Notes: a model not told the origin generated them from the letters alone. A stretch of DNA of 64,000 bases from Cylindrospermum sp. NIES-4074 (GCA_003994795.1 AP018269.1:1068725-1132724); one strand, 5' to 3'; positions 1-9,801 are shown, numbered from the stretch's first letter. Translations and numbers: made by a program.

Positions 1-2166
1 CGCACGCAAAAACAGACCCCATTTCGAGCCGATGTATTCAGCAGGTGAAATTGATGTCAGATCAGCAACCGTAACTTCCCCGTTCCCTTCGTCGCTATCT
101 TCTTCATCTGGTGGAGCTATATTGGTATGTCCCAACTGCTCAAGGTCGCCTTGCCTTACCAAGCGCACGCGCCAACCTTCTAAAGTGCCTTGTTTGACCT
201 CTACGCTCTGACCGCTGAGTGCGGACATCTCAAAAGACTCGCTCCCAATCATTGTCTCGATGGCATTACGCAACGCCTCAAAAGCTGTACGACGTGAAGG
301 TTCATCGCCTGCGTATTGAATAAGCCCAACGATGTTGTGCATCGCCCACACAAAGCGTACAGTGCTGTCTGAACGTTTCTTGGCGTCGTCCTCACGCTGT
401 AAAATCACCGCGACTGTCGTCACACGCGCCCCAGTAAACCAAGGCTCGCCCGAACTTTCCACTAAGGCAACGATTCGGAAATGATCAAGCAAAAACTTTT
501 GCAGCCGGAAGCCATAATTAGTATCCAGCCACGACGATGACACTAAAAAACCGATCCTGCCTCCTTCATTTAAGAAAGTGTAGGCATGTGGGAAAAAGAA
601 ACAATGAATGTCGGAACGAGCTGTGAACTTGCTATCAGGTGATACGTTGTTAGCAATTTGAAGTAGTCGTGTTTTGTAGTTGCTGCCATAATACTCGCCA
701 ATTTTTTCCTGACGGATGTAGGGTGGATTACCAACAACAGCATCAACTAATGGGAATTCACGTGCTTCAAGTAGATTACCCTGCTGTGCAAGCGGCAGAT
801 TGAACGCGATTTCGCCTTGTTTAAGGTCGAAGAAATCAGCACGCAAAACGAATGGATAATTAGCGGCATCAATAAGGTCACGGGTGGCAAGGTTGATAGT
901 GGTTAAATGCGCTGGATAGGCTGAAATATCAGAGCCAAGCAGTTGCGAAAGTAATTCCTGATGACCCAGAGTACCGCCAGCAAGTTCCTTTTTGCGAGCA
1001 TAGGCGCGTACTAAAAATGTTCCACCGTCACATGCTGGATCATAAACGACAGCATCTGCGTCACGGATACAAAAGGTGTTGATCAGGTCAACAATCTCAC
1101 TACGGGTGTAATGCTGACCGAAACGGTGTCGCTCCTCAGGCGAAAGTAAGCGCTCGAAAATTTGACCGATGATTTCGTAACCCAATTGGGTAAAGTCGAA
1201 GGCATCAGTTTGTCGATAAAGATCCCGCCATGAATCAGCAGCGACATCTGATAAAAATGGTAGTGTGTCACCGAAGTCGCCGACAAAAATGGTTTCGTAG
1301 TCGTGTGTAATCTCGCGAGCGTGATTAAAATAGTTGTCGAGTAAAGTTTTCAGTCCTGTTCCTGTCGTAATATCATCACTGATGCGGAAGACGCGAAGAC
1401 GTTTGAAACGGGGATTACGCCTTAACGCCTTATAGAATATAATTCTGTTTGCTAGCACATAGCAAGAGAACTTCGCAGCCGTTTCAAGGTTGTCAGCCCG
1501 AATTTCGGGGTCATCGGAAAGAATTAGTCCTAACTTCTCACGCATCCATGTGTTGAGTTTGACAGTAAATTCTCTATCGATACTACATTGTTGATACAGT
1601 GTGCCAAGGGTCTGTGCAACAGGCTGCTCGAGAGCAGCTTCCCACACGAGCAAGAATTTTTCGTCGAGTGGAACAGTAGGAAGTGCCTCTCTACCGACGG
1701 AAATAGCCGCAAAGCGTTCGAGAAAGCGAATTAGGAACTTTTTTAGTTCGGCTTCACGGCGTCCATCACGCAACTCATCCGACTTCTTGATGGGTGGCTG
1801 AAGAACGTAGAAGTGTTCAAGATCACGCTCAATGAGCGGTGCGTTCTTTAGTCCATCAAACAATACACAGCGATTAATATTCCAAGTAAAAAAGTAAGGG
1901 ATACCCGACCGAGAAGCCTTCAGAAAGGCATCTTCCAGTAGAGCATTACTCATAGGATTGCGTCCATCAGGATTTTCAGGTCGCTTCACTTCGCCCGTCA
2001 ATACTTTTTTATTGTTACGATCAAAGAGCACCAAATCATGACGTTTTGCGGAGCGTTTGACCGTTTCTTCGACGGTAGCATGAGAAAAAGGTAGATCGGG
2101 CCGTGCGGTGCAGATTTCGGTTATCCAAGTTGCGGACTGAGCAGTAATGTTCCATTCGTTTGGCAT
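1..2166 (-). CDS. Type IIG restriction-modification enzyme, MmeI-like (fused PD-ExK endonuclease + gamma-class N6-adenine methyltransferase). Partial: the C-terminus runs off the window start.
   Basis: Reverse-strand reading frame is open from the ATG at 2166..2164 to the window edge, so it is missing from the ORF track. N-terminus has D-x9-E-x-K (LFDRNNKKVLTGEVK), the same spacing as the MmeI catalytic motif. Downstream are MTase motif I 'DPACDGGTFLV' and motif IV 'GNPPYIRQ'. GC is about 50% with no HIP1 sites, unlike the rest of the window. Confidence 0.8.
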   Translation of the reverse strand, partial: MPNEWNITAQSATWITEICTARPDLPFSHATVEETVKRSAKRHDLVLFDRNNKKVLTGEVKRPENPDGRNPMSNALLEDAFLKASRSGIPYFFTWNINRCVLFDGLKNAPLIERDLEHFYVLQPPIKKSDELRDGRREAELKKFLIRFLERFAAISVGREALPTVPLDEKFLLVWEAALEQPVAQTLGTLYQQCSIDREFTVKLNTWMREKLGLILSDDPEIRADNLETAAKFSCYVLANRIIFYKALRRNPRFKRLRVFRISDDITTGTGLKTLLDNYFNHAREITHDYETIFVGDFGDTLPFLSDVAADSWRDLYRQTDAFDFTQLGYEIIGQIFERLLSPEERHRFGQHYTRSEIVDLINTFCIRDADAVVYDPACDGGTFLVRAYARKKELAGGTLGHQELLSQLLGSDISAYPAHLTTINLATRDLIDAANYPFVLRADFFDLKQGEIAFNLPLAQQGNLLEAREFPLVDAVVGNPPYIRQEKIGEYYGSNYKTRLLQIANNVSPDSKFTARSDIHCFFFPHAYTFLNEGGRIGFLVSSSWLDTNYGFRLQKFLLDHFRIVALVESSGEPWFTGARVTTVAVILQREDDAKKRSDSTVRFVWAMHNIVGLIQYAGDEPSRRTAFEALRNAIETMIGSESFEMSALSGQSVEVKQGTLEGWRVRLVRQGDLEQLGHTNIAPPDEEDSDEGNGEVTVADLTSISPAEYIGSKWGLFLRA

Positions 2167-2420
2167 AGGACAATTCTAACAGGATCTAAGTATTGCAATG
2201 CAAAATCGAATATAGCGCTTCCTAATCTGCTGAGGTACAAATTTATCTGTGTTTATCTGTGGTTAAATGATTCTTTCTGTATCTCACTTAACTGAGAAAT
2301 GCTATGTGAGCTGATTTGAATATGAATAAATTGTCAGGTGTACTTATTTGCGCCCAATGCCTCTTTGTCCATTTGTCTAATTAAGCTATCTTTGTTAAAT
2401 AAGATAAGTAGCCTACACAG

Positions 2421-2717
2421 TTGGCTTTTATCCCATACCTGACATCAAGCATAGTGAGTGCTAAACGTCTACCAGAAACCATCGCTTATGTCAAAATTAC
2501 CCGCCAATCTTGGCAACACGGCTTTCTTGAAGGCGAAGTGAATGCGGGTGATTTTGAGTGGCATTTTCAGTGGCATTTCCGCCGGGGAGAACTTTCCGTT
2601 AAGCCTTCCCAAGGCCGCGCCTTAATTAAAGAACCCCTTGGTCGTTTTTTAGAACAGCAAGATTACCAGCTAGAGCCTGGAGGAGACTATGCTTTTACTA
2701 TTAGGGCTGAACTTTAG
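2421..2717 (+). CDS. hypothetical protein (98 aa)
   Basis: ORF only. It overlaps the convergent downstream gene by 4 bp. No recognisable motifs. Confidence 0.3.
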   Translation: MAFIPYLTSSIVSAKRLPETIAYVKITRQSWQHGFLEGEVNAGDFEWHFQWHFRRGELSVKPSQGRALIKEPLGRFLEQQDYQLEPGGDYAFTIRAEL

Positions 2718-3169
2718 TCATTAGTCATTAGACTGGTGGAAGTGAGGCGATTTAGGTATCTTTCGATTAGGAGGATGGCAACAATGTCATCTATGGGCCT
2801 TGGTGGCTGCCGTAAACCCTTTGGTAATAGCTTTGTGAGTCCTTGGGGTGGGTACATTAGCCAATAGCGATCGCGTGCTTCTAAGGTTGTGTAGCGCTCA
2901 TCCACTAAAATGATATTGAGCGACTGGGCTAGTTCTTGCTGTAGTTGCTGCTTCCACTGCTTGGCTGTGGTTTGGTTGCCCATCACCACTAAAGAAACAG
3001 GAAACTGTTGACACAGTGTCTCTAAAGTGGCGATCGCATCTTTTGCCGCTACCACCTGATGATAATATAGTTGCCGATCTAGTCCCATCACGGCGACACC
3101 ACACTTATCTCGACCTGGATCAAACCCTAAAATAACTGGTTGTGTCGGTGAAAATTCACGGTCATTCAT
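2714..3169 (-). CDS. YqgF/RuvX-like putative Holliday-junction resolvase / pre-16S rRNA nuclease
   Basis: 'ILGFDPGRDKCGVAV' matches the RuvX N-terminal 'LAFDFGTKSIGVAV' box. 'VDERYTTLEAR' and 'IDDIVAILLIERYL' match the RuvX 'DERLSTVEAR' and 'DSASAVIILESYF' boxes. Confidence 0.65.
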   Translation of the reverse strand: MNDREFSPTQPVILGFDPGRDKCGVAVMGLDRQLYYHQVVAAKDAIATLETLCQQFPVSLVVMGNQTTAKQWKQQLQQELAQSLNIILVDERYTTLEARDRYWLMYPPQGLTKLLPKGLRQPPRPIDDIVAILLIERYLNRLTSTSLMTND

Positions 3170-3210
3170 AAAATTAAAAATTAAAAATTAAAAATTAAAA
3201 AAATGTGCAT
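3168..3210. repeat. STRR-type heptamer tract (aaaatta x5)
   Basis: Tandem heptamers are directly visible. Confidence 0.8.
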
Positions 3211-3221
3211 TAATGGATTTT

Positions 3222-4775
3222 TTAAGTGCTAAATATAATTTTTCCGTTGAGTATTGCCACTAATTTTACTCTTAATGGCCCAGCTGTATAAGTGTCCTCT
3301 GCGGCGATCGCTTTAATTTCCAACGGCTGATCATATAACCTCAGTTGGGCGACAAAGCGCAAAAATGTCCCCTCAACTTGCACATCTTCCACAATTCCCG
3401 CATTCCGGGCACGAAATTGGGAAGCAGACATCAACAAATCTAGTCGCTGCCGCAGTTGATATGATGTCATGGTTTTCGGATCGGCGGTAGTTGTTGCTAG
3501 TAACTCACCTGCGGAAAAAACCCGTTGATTTCTCGCTGTATCAGCAAAAAACTCGATTTGCTTTTCTCCCCTGACATAATTGCCCGCAGAGAAAATTCTC
3601 ACGACGTATTCTCGACCATCATCAATTTGCTTGATCAATTGGTCAACTCTATCTTGAGTCACCTGGAGTATTTCTGCTTGAGAAGGATTTGTTCCCGGTT
3701 CAGTTAATGCAATATTGGCATTGCGGTTAGCTTCCTGTAAAAGTTGGATCACCGCCTGCCGGGCGACAGAGGCTTGACTAACACGAACCACAGCACCAGC
3801 TAGAACTTGACCGCGAACTAGGGCCAGTTTGCCCAGACGCAGGTCACGGTAAGACTGATAATATTTTTCTAGCCTGGCGACTTCCTGTTCTAGAGATTCC
3901 TGTTGTTTTTCCAATTCTTTGAGGCGAGATTCCCGTTTGGCAATTACTTGCTCCCGTTCGGCAATTTCTTGATTCCGGTCTTGAATCAGCCGATCTAATT
4001 GGGTAATTTTGCGATCGCGCACTTCTATAGATTCTTGGCGGTTAGCAAGTTCGCGATCGCGTTTTTCAATAGCTGCTTTAGCTTCGTCAATCGCTTTTTT
4101 AGCTTCAACGTATAGTCGTTCACGTTCTGCCCTCAGCTGTACAATTGCTGCTTGCAATGCCTTGCGCTGATCATAAACGCTTTGCAATTCAGCTATGGCT
4201 TTTTCATATTGAGTCACCACTTGACCAAGCTGACTTTGTGTGCGTTGGAGTTGCACTTGGGTTTTAGCTTGTTGGTTAATGGTGCGATTAAGTTGGGTTT
4301 GAGTTGCCTGTTGTTTAGCATTTGCGGCTTGCAATGACAGATTAATAGCCTGCAAGTCCTGCTGTGCCTTTGCTTGTTCTTTTTTTGCTTGGTTTAGCTC
4401 ATTTTCTACCTGACTTTTCTGGGTTTGGGCGGTTTTGAGCTGTTCCCGCTTGTGTCTGAGTTCTTTTTGAATATCTTCCAACTCAAAAACTCCCTTTCGC
4501 AACCCTTCATCAGCAGTAAATAAAATTGCTAGAGTTGATGCAGAAATCAAACCACCTGTAAGGATAGTTATCAGTACAGCAGTGTTTTTGGGACGTAGCT
4601 TGAATAGTGAGAGGCGTGCTTTGCCAACTCGTGTGCCGATGCGATCGCCCACGGTGGCAATTACGCCCCCCAAAATTAGAATTGCCACTATGAGGATGTA
4701 CCCAGCGTTCACCTTCATGGCAATTAGGCCCCCCAGAATTAGAATTGCCACTATGAGGATGTACCCAGTGGTCAT
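3222..4775 (-). CDS. DUF3084-type membrane-anchored coiled-coil protein
   Basis: N-terminal TM segment, long Q/E/K/R-rich coiled coil, and a conserved C-terminal domain typical of cyanobacterial DUF3084 proteins. The 5' end contains a roughly 60-bp tandem duplication (GYILIVAILILGG twice). Confidence 0.6.
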   Translation of the reverse strand: MTTGYILIVAILILGGLIAMKVNAGYILIVAILILGGVIATVGDRIGTRVGKARLSLFKLRPKNTAVLITILTGGLISASTLAILFTADEGLRKGVFELEDIQKELRHKREQLKTAQTQKSQVENELNQAKKEQAKAQQDLQAINLSLQAANAKQQATQTQLNRTINQQAKTQVQLQRTQSQLGQVVTQYEKAIAELQSVYDQRKALQAAIVQLRAERERLYVEAKKAIDEAKAAIEKRDRELANRQESIEVRDRKITQLDRLIQDRNQEIAEREQVIAKRESRLKELEKQQESLEQEVARLEKYYQSYRDLRLGKLALVRGQVLAGAVVRVSQASVARQAVIQLLQEANRNANIALTEPGTNPSQAEILQVTQDRVDQLIKQIDDGREYVVRIFSAGNYVRGEKQIEFFADTARNQRVFSAGELLATTTADPKTMTSYQLRQRLDLLMSASQFRARNAGIVEDVQVEGTFLRFVAQLRLYDQPLEIKAIAAEDTYTAGPLRVKLVAILNGKIIFST

Positions 4776-5122
4776 CTTCAGCTACCGTTCACTTAGTGTG
4801 CCAGAGGCATAATGCTTCCAGATACAGCCTACTACTTTCATCCGTTTTCTGTGGGTGAGTGGAGATTGGCAAGAGATGAAATTACTCAATTTTTAGATTT
4901 ACCTCCAATTGTGAGTGTCACTCAATTTTAGATTTTGAATTGATTCTATGCTATTGAGGCAGTAGCTCGAAAATCAGCATACCTTGTGCCTCGACGCAAA
5001 TGTTTTCTTTGTCTGGGTGTTATGCCAGATTATTTTGGATTCAGAGCCGATCAAGTCTTCATCCCCAATCCTGGCATCCAAAATCTAAAATCCCTATTGC
5101 CACCTCCATCCACCAGTTGCTT

Positions 5123-5794
5123 TTAAGTGAATTGCCTACTTAAAGTAACAGGTTTATGCACAGTAATCTTCTTTTTGTGGATGGAAATCATCTTCTTCTC
5201 ACGTAAATCCCCAAGTAATCTGGTGACTGTAACGCGAGTAGAGCCAATTGCTTCGGCGATCGCCTGATGAGATAGCTTGAGATCAATTGTGATCCCATCT
5301 GCACAAGGAACGCCAAAATCCCGACAGAGAATTAACAAAAAACTCACCAACCTGGAACCCATATCTCGGTGAGCGAGAGTTTCAATCATCATCTCTGTTT
5401 GTAAAATCCGCGAAGACAAACCCCGCAGCATTAACATTGATAACTCTGGATTCTCCTTGAGTGCCTGCTCCACTTGTTCAATGGGAGCTGACAACAATTC
5501 TACAGGGGTAAATGCAACCGCGTGGTAAAACCTATCTGACTTATTTCCCGTCAGCAACGACAACACACCAAAAACACTATTTTCCCGCAACAGCGCTACC
5601 GTTATTTCTTCTCCTGCTTCGTACACCCTGGAAAGTTTCACAGCACCCTTGAGAAGAAAATAAACTCGTTCGGCAGGATCGCCGGGAAAAAAGATCGTTT
5701 TATTGCGTTCAAACGTTTCTACAACCGGCGGAAACGCTCCGGTCGCCATTTGACGAAAAACATTTGCTAGGGCTTTATCTTGTGTCACGATCAT
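5123..5794 (-). CDS. ntcA: global nitrogen regulator NtcA (CRP/FNR family)
   Basis: Protein '[32 protein letters not shown]...[37 protein letters not shown]' matches Anabaena/Nostoc NtcA over its full length. Start taken at the MIVTQ methionine; the track ORF begins 6 codons earlier. Confidence 0.95.
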
Positions 5795-5882
5795 CTCCCT
5801 TCCCCTACCCAATGCCGGAAAAACAAAAACTGATTACCTAAGAATACACCTGAAAAATCAAGAATACACCGTCAACCTTTCT

Positions 5883-5896
5883 GTACTTTCCTATAC
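5883..5896. promoter_or_regulatory. candidate NtcA-binding box GTA-N8-TAC upstream of ntcA
   Basis: GTACTTTCCTATAC lies about 87 bp upstream of the ntcA start and matches the consensus GTAN8TAC. Confidence 0.35.
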
Positions 5897-6172
5897 TTAA
5901 ACTCACAACTTCATAGTTATTTGTTTATAATGATACATAATTATTGTAATTTACAGCTATTTCTTGGTGATTTGGCGTTCCACAGTCTTATTTTCCGAGT
6001 TTTTTTGCCGAAAAATTTCCCATATCTTGACAATATCTTAAGGAATAACTGGGCATTTTGTTGTGGCTAACACCCCTCTTGATCATCATTTTTGCAAATC
6101 CCATGCCCAACAAAGACAAACTACCCTCAGATTCTAGTATGCTCCTAATGATCGATCGCATTCACAATTTTT

Positions 6173-6949
6173 ATGCTTAATCTGTCCGGAAAAAACGCTC
6201 TTGTTACAGGTATTGCCAATAATCGCTCGATCGCCTGGGGCATCGCTCAACAACTGCACAAAGCAGGCGCGAACTTGGGCATTACCTACTTGCCAGATGA
6301 GCGCGGCAAGATGGAGAAAAAAGTCGCCGAGTTGGTAGAACCCCTCAACCCCAGCTTATTTCTTCCCTGTAATGTCCAAAACGACGAACAGATTCAGTCT
6401 ACCTTTGAGACTATTCGCGATCAGTGGGGCAGGCTAGATATCTTGATCCACTGTCTGGCCTTTGCTAACAAAGATGATTTAAGCGGAGGTTTTAGCCAAA
6501 CCTCTCGCGCTGGATTCAATCTCGCTTTAGAAGTCAGCACCTATTCACTAGCGCAATTAAGCGGTGCTGCTAAACCTCTGATGACAGAGGGCGGCAGCAT
6601 TATCACCCTCACATATTTAGGTGGCGTGAGAGCCATTCCCAATTACAATGTGATGGGAGTCGCTAAAGCAGGTTTAGAAGCAAGTGTGCGTTACTTAGCT
6701 GCTGAACTAGGCCCCCAAAATATCCGGGTGAATGCCATCTCAGCCGGGCCCATCCGCACTTTGGCATCTTCAGCAGTAGGCGGGATTTTGGATATGATTC
6801 ACCATGTAGAACAAGTGGCTCCCCTAAGACGCACTGTTACTCAACAAGAAGTGGGTAATACAGCAGCTTTCTTGTCTAGCGATTTGGCCAGCGGTATCAC
6901 TGGGCAAGTCCTGTATGTAGATGCAGGATATGAAATCATGGGTATGTAA
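6173..6949 (+). CDS. fabI: enoyl-[acyl-carrier-protein] reductase (NADH) FabI
   Basis: SDR fold 'ALVTGIANNRSIAWGIAQ...', with the FabI-typical Y-x6-K region and length. Confidence 0.9.
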   Translation: MLNLSGKNALVTGIANNRSIAWGIAQQLHKAGANLGITYLPDERGKMEKKVAELVEPLNPSLFLPCNVQNDEQIQSTFETIRDQWGRLDILIHCLAFANKDDLSGGFSQTSRAGFNLALEVSTYSLAQLSGAAKPLMTEGGSIITLTYLGGVRAIPNYNVMGVAKAGLEASVRYLAAELGPQNIRVNAISAGPIRTLASSAVGGILDMIHHVEQVAPLRRTVTQQEVGNTAAFLSSDLASGITGQVLYVDAGYEIMGM

Positions 6950-6951
6950 TA

Positions 6952-7046
6952 AATTTGGTAATGGCTAATTGGTAATGGCTAATTGGTAATAGTCTTAATA
7001 ATTAGCAATTACCAATCCCCAATCCCCAATCTCTAATCCCTAATTC
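6952..7046. repeat. STRR heptamer hairpin (ttggtaa / ccccaat)
   Basis: Opposed heptamer tracts in the fabI-hisB spacer. Confidence 0.8.
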
Positions 7047-7048
7047 CT

Positions 7049-7678
7049 ATGCAAATCAGCGATCGCCAAATTCTTTCCCCATTTCCAACTTCCCGCATCG
7101 CCTCAGTTCATCGCACCACAGGCGAAACTGATGTCCATGTCACCATTAACCTCGATGGGACAGGAAAGTGCAACGCAGCAACCGGTATTCCTTTTTTGGA
7201 TCATATGTTGCAGCAAATTTCCTCTCACGGGCTAATTGACTTGGATGTGCAAGCCAAGGGAGACTTAGAAATTGATGACCACCACACCAACGAAGATGTG
7301 GGCATCACTTTAGGCCAAGCGTTGCATCAAGCACTAGGCGACAAAAAAGGTATTGTCCGCTTTGGTAATTTCCTCGCCCCCCTAGATGAAGCTTTAATTC
7401 AGGTGTCCCTAGATTTTTCTGGCAGACCCCACATCAGTTACGGTTTACAAATTCCTACCCAGCGGGTGGGAACCTATGACACCCAACTAGTACGCGAATT
7501 CTTTGTGGCATTGGTAAACCATAGCCAAATGACGCTGCACATTCGCCAACTGGATGGCATTAATTCCCATCACATTATTGAAGCGACATTTAAAGCCTTT
7601 GCTAGGTCAATTAGAATGGCAGTAGAACTTGATCCCCGTCGTGTAGGGACGATTCCCAGTTCTAAAGGCGTTTTATAA
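7049..7678 (+). CDS. hisB: imidazoleglycerol-phosphate dehydratase HisB
   Basis: '[16 protein letters not shown]...[17 protein letters not shown]', the IGPD signature. Confidence 0.9.
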   Translation: MQISDRQILSPFPTSRIASVHRTTGETDVHVTINLDGTGKCNAATGIPFLDHMLQQISSHGLIDLDVQAKGDLEIDDHHTNEDVGITLGQALHQALGDKKGIVRFGNFLAPLDEALIQVSLDFSGRPHISYGLQIPTQRVGTYDTQLVREFFVALVNHSQMTLHIRQLDGINSHHIIEATFKAFARSIRMAVELDPRRVGTIPSSKGVL

Positions 7679-7833
7679 ACTAGTTATAATTACTTAGAGA
7701 TAGAAAATGGTGATTGTTAATCACTAAAACATTCCTGAGTGCTGAGTAAGAAGTAAAATCAGACCGACTAAGCATCAACTTGGTCTGTTCACGTAGTGTT
7801 ACGGCAGGCTGGCTCCAAAATGCAGTATGGGTT

Positions 7834-7907
7834 CACTCAGCACTCAGCACTCAGCACTCCGTCCTCAGCACTCAGCACTCAGCACTCAGCACTCAACACT
7901 ACTAAAC
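7834..7907. repeat. STRR heptamer tract (cagcact x~9)
   Basis: Directly visible. It sits in-frame upstream of the ABC ATPase start. Confidence 0.8.
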
Positions 7908-7978
7908 TACTAGGCTGGCGATCATTGACACAACAGACGGTTATAGTTATTGTCAGCCTAGTGCTTGACCTATGTTTT

Positions 7979-8962
7979 ATGAAGTCTATCGCAGACGCTG
8001 CTGATTCTCAAGGCCATCTTACAAACAATCCACCAGTAGTCCTCACTTCTGAGTTGGGAAAAGTCTATCGCACTGGCTTTTGGCTAAATCAAAAAGTCGT
8101 ATCTCTCAAAAGCTGCTCTTTACAAGTTTATCAAGGGGAGACATTTGGATTACTAGGGCCCAATGGTGCTGGTAAAACCACTATTTTAAAACTGTTGCTG
8201 GGAATTATCCGTCCCACCTCTGGACGGGGGTTATTATTGGGTAAGCCAATAGGCGATCGCACAGTGAAGCAACGTATTGGCTATCTGCCAGAAAATCCCT
8301 ATTTATATGAATATCTCACTGGCTGGGAATTTTTGCAGCTAGCCGCTGGACTGTTTCAAATTCCCCAAAGTGTGCAACGCCAACGCATTCCCCAACTGCT
8401 GGAATTAGTGGGTTTATCCCCAGCCGAAGCCCGCAAAAAGCAACTTCGCCGCTACTCTAAAGGAATGCTTCAGCGTGTTGGTATGGCCCAGGCACTAATT
8501 AATGAACCAGACCTAGTATTTTTGGATGAACCCATGTCTGGTCTTGATCCTCTGGGACGCTACCAAATGCGAGAAATTATCCTCTCCCTCAAAGCGGCTG
8601 GTAAGACAATTTTCTTCAACAGCCATATTCTGAGTGAAGTGGAGCAAATTTGCGATCGCATTGCCATCCTCGCACAAGGGGAATTAATTTGTTCTGGTTC
8701 CCTTGATGAACTTTTAGACAGCGACAATACATATCACGTCAAAGGTCAAGGTGGTGACGGAGAAATTCTCAAAAAATGGATACCTAACCTCACATTTGAG
8801 CCTAATGGTTCTTGGCAAGGCACAATACAAGAGGATTACTATGATTTTCTTGCTAGTCTCCGTCTGATGGGAGGGCAAATTACGACAATGAACTTATCTC
8901 GCCAATCGCTGGAAGAGTTTTTTATCCAACAAATCCAAAAACAAAATAACTCTGTTAATTAA
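7979..8962 (+). CDS. ABC transporter ATP-binding protein
   Basis: Walker A 'GPNGAGKTT', ABC signature 'YSKGMLQRVGMAQAL', Walker B 'LVFLDEP'. The track ORF starts at 7796 but its first 60 codons are heptamer STRR (cagcact) sequence, so start taken at 7979 (MKSIADAADSQ). Confidence 0.8.
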   Translation: MKSIADAADSQGHLTNNPPVVLTSELGKVYRTGFWLNQKVVSLKSCSLQVYQGETFGLLGPNGAGKTTILKLLLGIIRPTSGRGLLLGKPIGDRTVKQRIGYLPENPYLYEYLTGWEFLQLAAGLFQIPQSVQRQRIPQLLELVGLSPAEARKKQLRRYSKGMLQRVGMAQALINEPDLVFLDEPMSGLDPLGRYQMREIILSLKAAGKTIFFNSHILSEVEQICDRIAILAQGELICSGSLDELLDSDNTYHVKGQGGDGEILKKWIPNLTFEPNGSWQGTIQEDYYDFLASLRLMGGQITTMNLSRQSLEEFFIQQIQKQNNSVN

Positions 8963-8965
8963 CTC

Positions 8966-9223
8966 GTAAGCATTCAGCCGTCAGCCATCAGCTATCAGCT
9001 ATCTTCAAGAATTGATGAGCATTCTGACAGAGGGATTACTATGCTTTTGCTGTGAGTGTCCTCAACTCAAAACCCTTAAATTTCAGTCTAAAACCCGCTT
9101 TTAGACTTTCCTGCGGAACGCTACGCGTTGGCGGTTCGCGGAGCGTGTCGCAGACAAGCCTGCGCTTTGCGCTTACGGCGTGAGCGAGCGTCGAACGCTG
9201 ACTGCTGACCGCTGAAGTGCTGA
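8966..9223. repeat. MITE-like dispersed element, copy 1 (about 258 bp, imperfect terminal inverted repeats, conserved internal hairpins)
   Basis: The terminal 125 bp are identical to 62766..62890, and the remainder aligns with that copy at about 75% identity. Ends 'agcattcagccgtcagc' and 'gctgaccgctgaagtgct' are imperfect inverted repeats. Internal perfect hairpin agtctaaaa-N5-ttttagact. Confidence 0.65.
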
Positions 9224-9449
9224 TAGCTGATAGTTTAGATTAACTCTGGTCTTCATCTCCCGTTATCAAAGTATATCGGGAGGCTGAAAACTCAGTATAT
9301 ATCCTGCCGTAACGCTTCACGAACTAGAATGAAAAATGATTTTTTTCCTACTTCTCACCGTATGTCTCTGCTAAATTTTATATAGCGTTTCCCAGTCTAA
9401 TGAAGTACACTGATTAAGGTTAAAGCTGTGCATCTACTAAAGGTTTAAA

Positions 9450-9800
9450 ATGAAACCATATTCCCTCGATTTTCGCCAAAAAATATTTGATACATACTTG
9501 GAAGATGGAATATCACAACGTCAATTAGCAAAAAGATTTTGTGTCAGTTTAAGTTTTATTCAGAAATTACTAAAGCAATATAGAGAAACAACAAGTATTG
9601 CTCCTAAAGTTAGGACAAAACAAACTCCTCCAAAGCTAAATAAAGAACAACTTAACATTCTCGAAGAAATACTTGAAGCTCAGAATGATGCTACTTTATC
9701 AGAAATTCGTTCAGCACTCAAAGAAAAAACAGGAATAACAATTGGTATCTCTACGGTAGACCGGATGTTACAGAGGATAGAAATAAGTCTAAAAAAAAAC
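9450..9800 (+). CDS. IS630 transposase OrfA (HTH DNA-binding part). The frame ends functionally at the A9 tract 9791..9799.
   Basis: 'MKPYSLDFRQKIFDTYLEDGISQRQLAKRF...' is the typical IS630 N-terminal HTH part. Confidence 0.8.
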
Positions 9801-9801
9801 A

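Noticed and set aside
3525-4812. Plus-strand ORFs 3525..3707, 4152..4337 and 4582..4812
   Set aside because: They are antisense to the well-supported DUF3084 gene, with low-complexity translation.
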